NCBI GenBank assembly: GCA_041665145.1 | Contig: JBAYJK010000004.1 | Location: 66,434 to 130,433 of the forward strand | Direction: 5' to 3' | DNA from: Patescibacteria group bacterium | GTDB lineage: Bacteria; Patescibacteriota; Microgenomatia; UBA1406 | DNA: 64,000 nt | The notes under the pieces: generated by a model | The model's database searches: none | Told to the model about the DNA's origin: nothing | Seen by the model: the letters and a program-made list of their open reading frames with translations, nothing else | Made by a program: the position numbers and the translations under genes | Shown here: positions 62,830-64,000 of the stretch, one piece after another | How positions within the stretch are numbered: position 1 is the first letter of the stretch | Layout of the letters: each line of letters opens with the position of its first letter

Positions 62830-63889
62830 CAGAACTCACCTCCTTCTTTTGTTTCATCAAATTTGTAATTTTGTCTTCCCATTCTTCTGAATGGATAATT
62901 CTGTCTTTTTGCAACTTTTCGTTTAATATCTCAGCTTTAGTCCTTTTTGATAATTCTTCCCATTTTTCCCCAAAAACATATGTAGCATTACCGTAATAGA
63001 TACTTTCTAAAACAAAAAGACCTCTATTGGAAAATCCATGGATTATATACCCATGAAAACCACCTCTACCAATGGCACGAAAGTCTGGTTCATAGCCATT
63101 AATTGTTTCCAGGCGATATTCCAAAACAGGCCGATTTCCTTTTGGGGCCAGTTTGATCAATGGATCAAGATGTTTTTTAAATTGTTGCCAGGGCATTTCT
63201 CCTCTGGGAAGAATCTCCCAGTTCAACCGAACTACCGTTGTTTTAATAATTGAGTCGAATGTGTTGGTAAAAAATTGACATTCCCCGAAAAGCTCAAGAA
63301 ACAAATTAATCGTATGTTTTATTAAATTCTCATTTTCCGTGGTTTTTTGGTACGGCAATGAAACTAAAAGTAAATTACCGTCTTGATCCTCCGAAAAATT
63401 AAGCTCAATTCCCGGGGGAGGGTCGAACGAACGTGGATATCTTGGATATGGAATATCTACAATTTTTGATCTCTCAACCGTTTCGTAGCGGCCGGCCCAT
63501 TCTTTCCAATGCCATATGGCTTGGCGGTAGACAGTTTCCATCGGCTTATCTCGATGGACAATCTCTTTACCCTCAGCGTTATATGAACTTACAGGTCCGC
63601 TTCCTTTCGGTAACAAAGAATCACCTTTCTTAAAGGGACTCGGAAATCCGACGCTTTCAAGAATCAAAGCAAATCTTTCCGGCGAACTTATGCCGATAAT
63701 AAATTTGGAGCCTTCGGCTATGTGGCTGATATAGGGATATATGTTTCGAATACGTTTTTTTTGTATGATCATTTTCTTGTTTATATTTGTAACGGCCTCT
63801 TTCCGACAAAAAGAGAAATTGGTCGACGGCTGAATTGTATGAAATCTCTCATGAAAAGTCAAGTGGTCAAATTGTAATTTGATATACAC
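62816..63889 (-). CDS. hypothetical protein, no recognisable domain
   Basis: Long ORF. The start is uncertain (GTG 63889 or ATG 63772, giving 318 aa). The 3' end overlaps the next gene by 14 nt. Confidence 0.55.
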   Translation of the reverse strand: MYIKLQFDHLTFHERFHTIQPSTNFSFCRKEAVTNINKKMIIQKKRIRNIYPYISHIAEGSKFIIGISSPERFALILESVGFPSPFKKGDSLLPKGSGPVSSYNAEGKEIVHRDKPMETVYRQAIWHWKEWAGRYETVERSKIVDIPYPRYPRSFDPPPGIELNFSEDQDGNLLLVSLPYQKTTENENLIKHTINLFLELFGECQFFTNTFDSIIKTTVVRLNWEILPRGEMPWQQFKKHLDPLIKLAPKGNRPVLEYRLETINGYEPDFRAIGRGGFHGYIIHGFSNRGLFVLESIYYGNATYVFGEKWEELSKRTKAEILNEKLQKDRIIHSEEWEDKITNLMKQKKEVSSDGKK

Positions 63890-63921
63890 TTTGACATATA
63901 AAAATTGTGATATAATAACAA

Positions 63922-64000
63922 CATGTTACATAAAAACCAAGTAAAGATTTTGGAGCTTGCTAAAAGCATAAATCTTGCCGAACTTACTTTACAGGAAATT
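63922..64000 (+). CDS. partial gene (5' end only), possibly an HTH regulator
   Basis: 'MLHKNQVKILELAKSINLAELTLQEI'. Extended -10 TGaTATAAT (63907-63915) + 6 nt + ATG. Truncated by the window edge. Confidence 0.4.

Noticed and set aside
1-64000. Alternative genetic code (UGA or UAG reassignment), as seen in some CPR lineages
   Set aside because: Long uninterrupted ORFs with recognisable full-length homologs are obtained under code 11. TGA terminates eno at its expected length.
1-64000. Mobile elements, prophage, rRNA genes
   Set aside because: I recognised no transposase, integrase, phage structural or rRNA-like sequence. No terminal inverted repeats flank any segment. The tRNA-Gln has no adjacent integrase.

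Overview
The window is an AT-rich, very gene-dense bacterial chromosome segment read with the standard code 11. It holds about 76 protein genes and one tRNA-Gln. I found no rRNA, CRISPR array, transposase or integrase. The gene content includes many small DUF and hypothetical proteins, DUF5652, glycosyltransferases with YfhO and DUF2142 envelope genes, an L,D-transpeptidase, a short ProRS, and very few Shine-Dalgarno sites. By inference this fits an uncultivated Patescibacteria/CPR-like genome.

Recognisable blocks:
- RNA metabolism: a DEAD-box helicase and an RRM protein.
- A PadR-thioredoxin pair.
- A 1361-aa secreted multidomain protein.
- A MerR/GyrI-type regulator divergent from a short UvrA paralog.
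- A MacAB-like efflux operon.
- A DsbA/DsbB/cupredoxin cluster.
- Two ECF sigma modules.
- Two envelope glycosylation clusters.
- eno-gpmI.
- A DNA-damage neighbourhood: NUDIX, LexA with a Cheo-type SOS box, a Y-family polymerase, a family-4 UDG, a Qnr-like pentapeptide protein and RdgB.
- A terminal stretch (about 59.3-64 kb) of small accessory genes.

Signals not explained by ordinary annotation:
1. At least 21 genes have a TAnnnT -10 box exactly 6 nt upstream of the start codon, which implies leaderless mRNAs. One 20-bp intergenic region holds two back-to-back leaderless promoters.
2. Heptanucleotide-periodic arrays occur in intergenic regions and inside two adjacent glycosyltransferase genes.
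3. A ~46-nt intergenic repeat is present three times in the accessory stretch, next to a nucleotidyltransferase/HIT-like pair and a tightly coupled three-gene operon of unknown function.
4. Two proteins carrying beta-carbonic-anhydrase-like CxDxR...HxxC motifs lie divergently next to eno.
5. A textbook MerR-type 19-nt-spacer promoter drives the UvrA paralog.

Functional calls come from motif recognition by eye. No database search was run.
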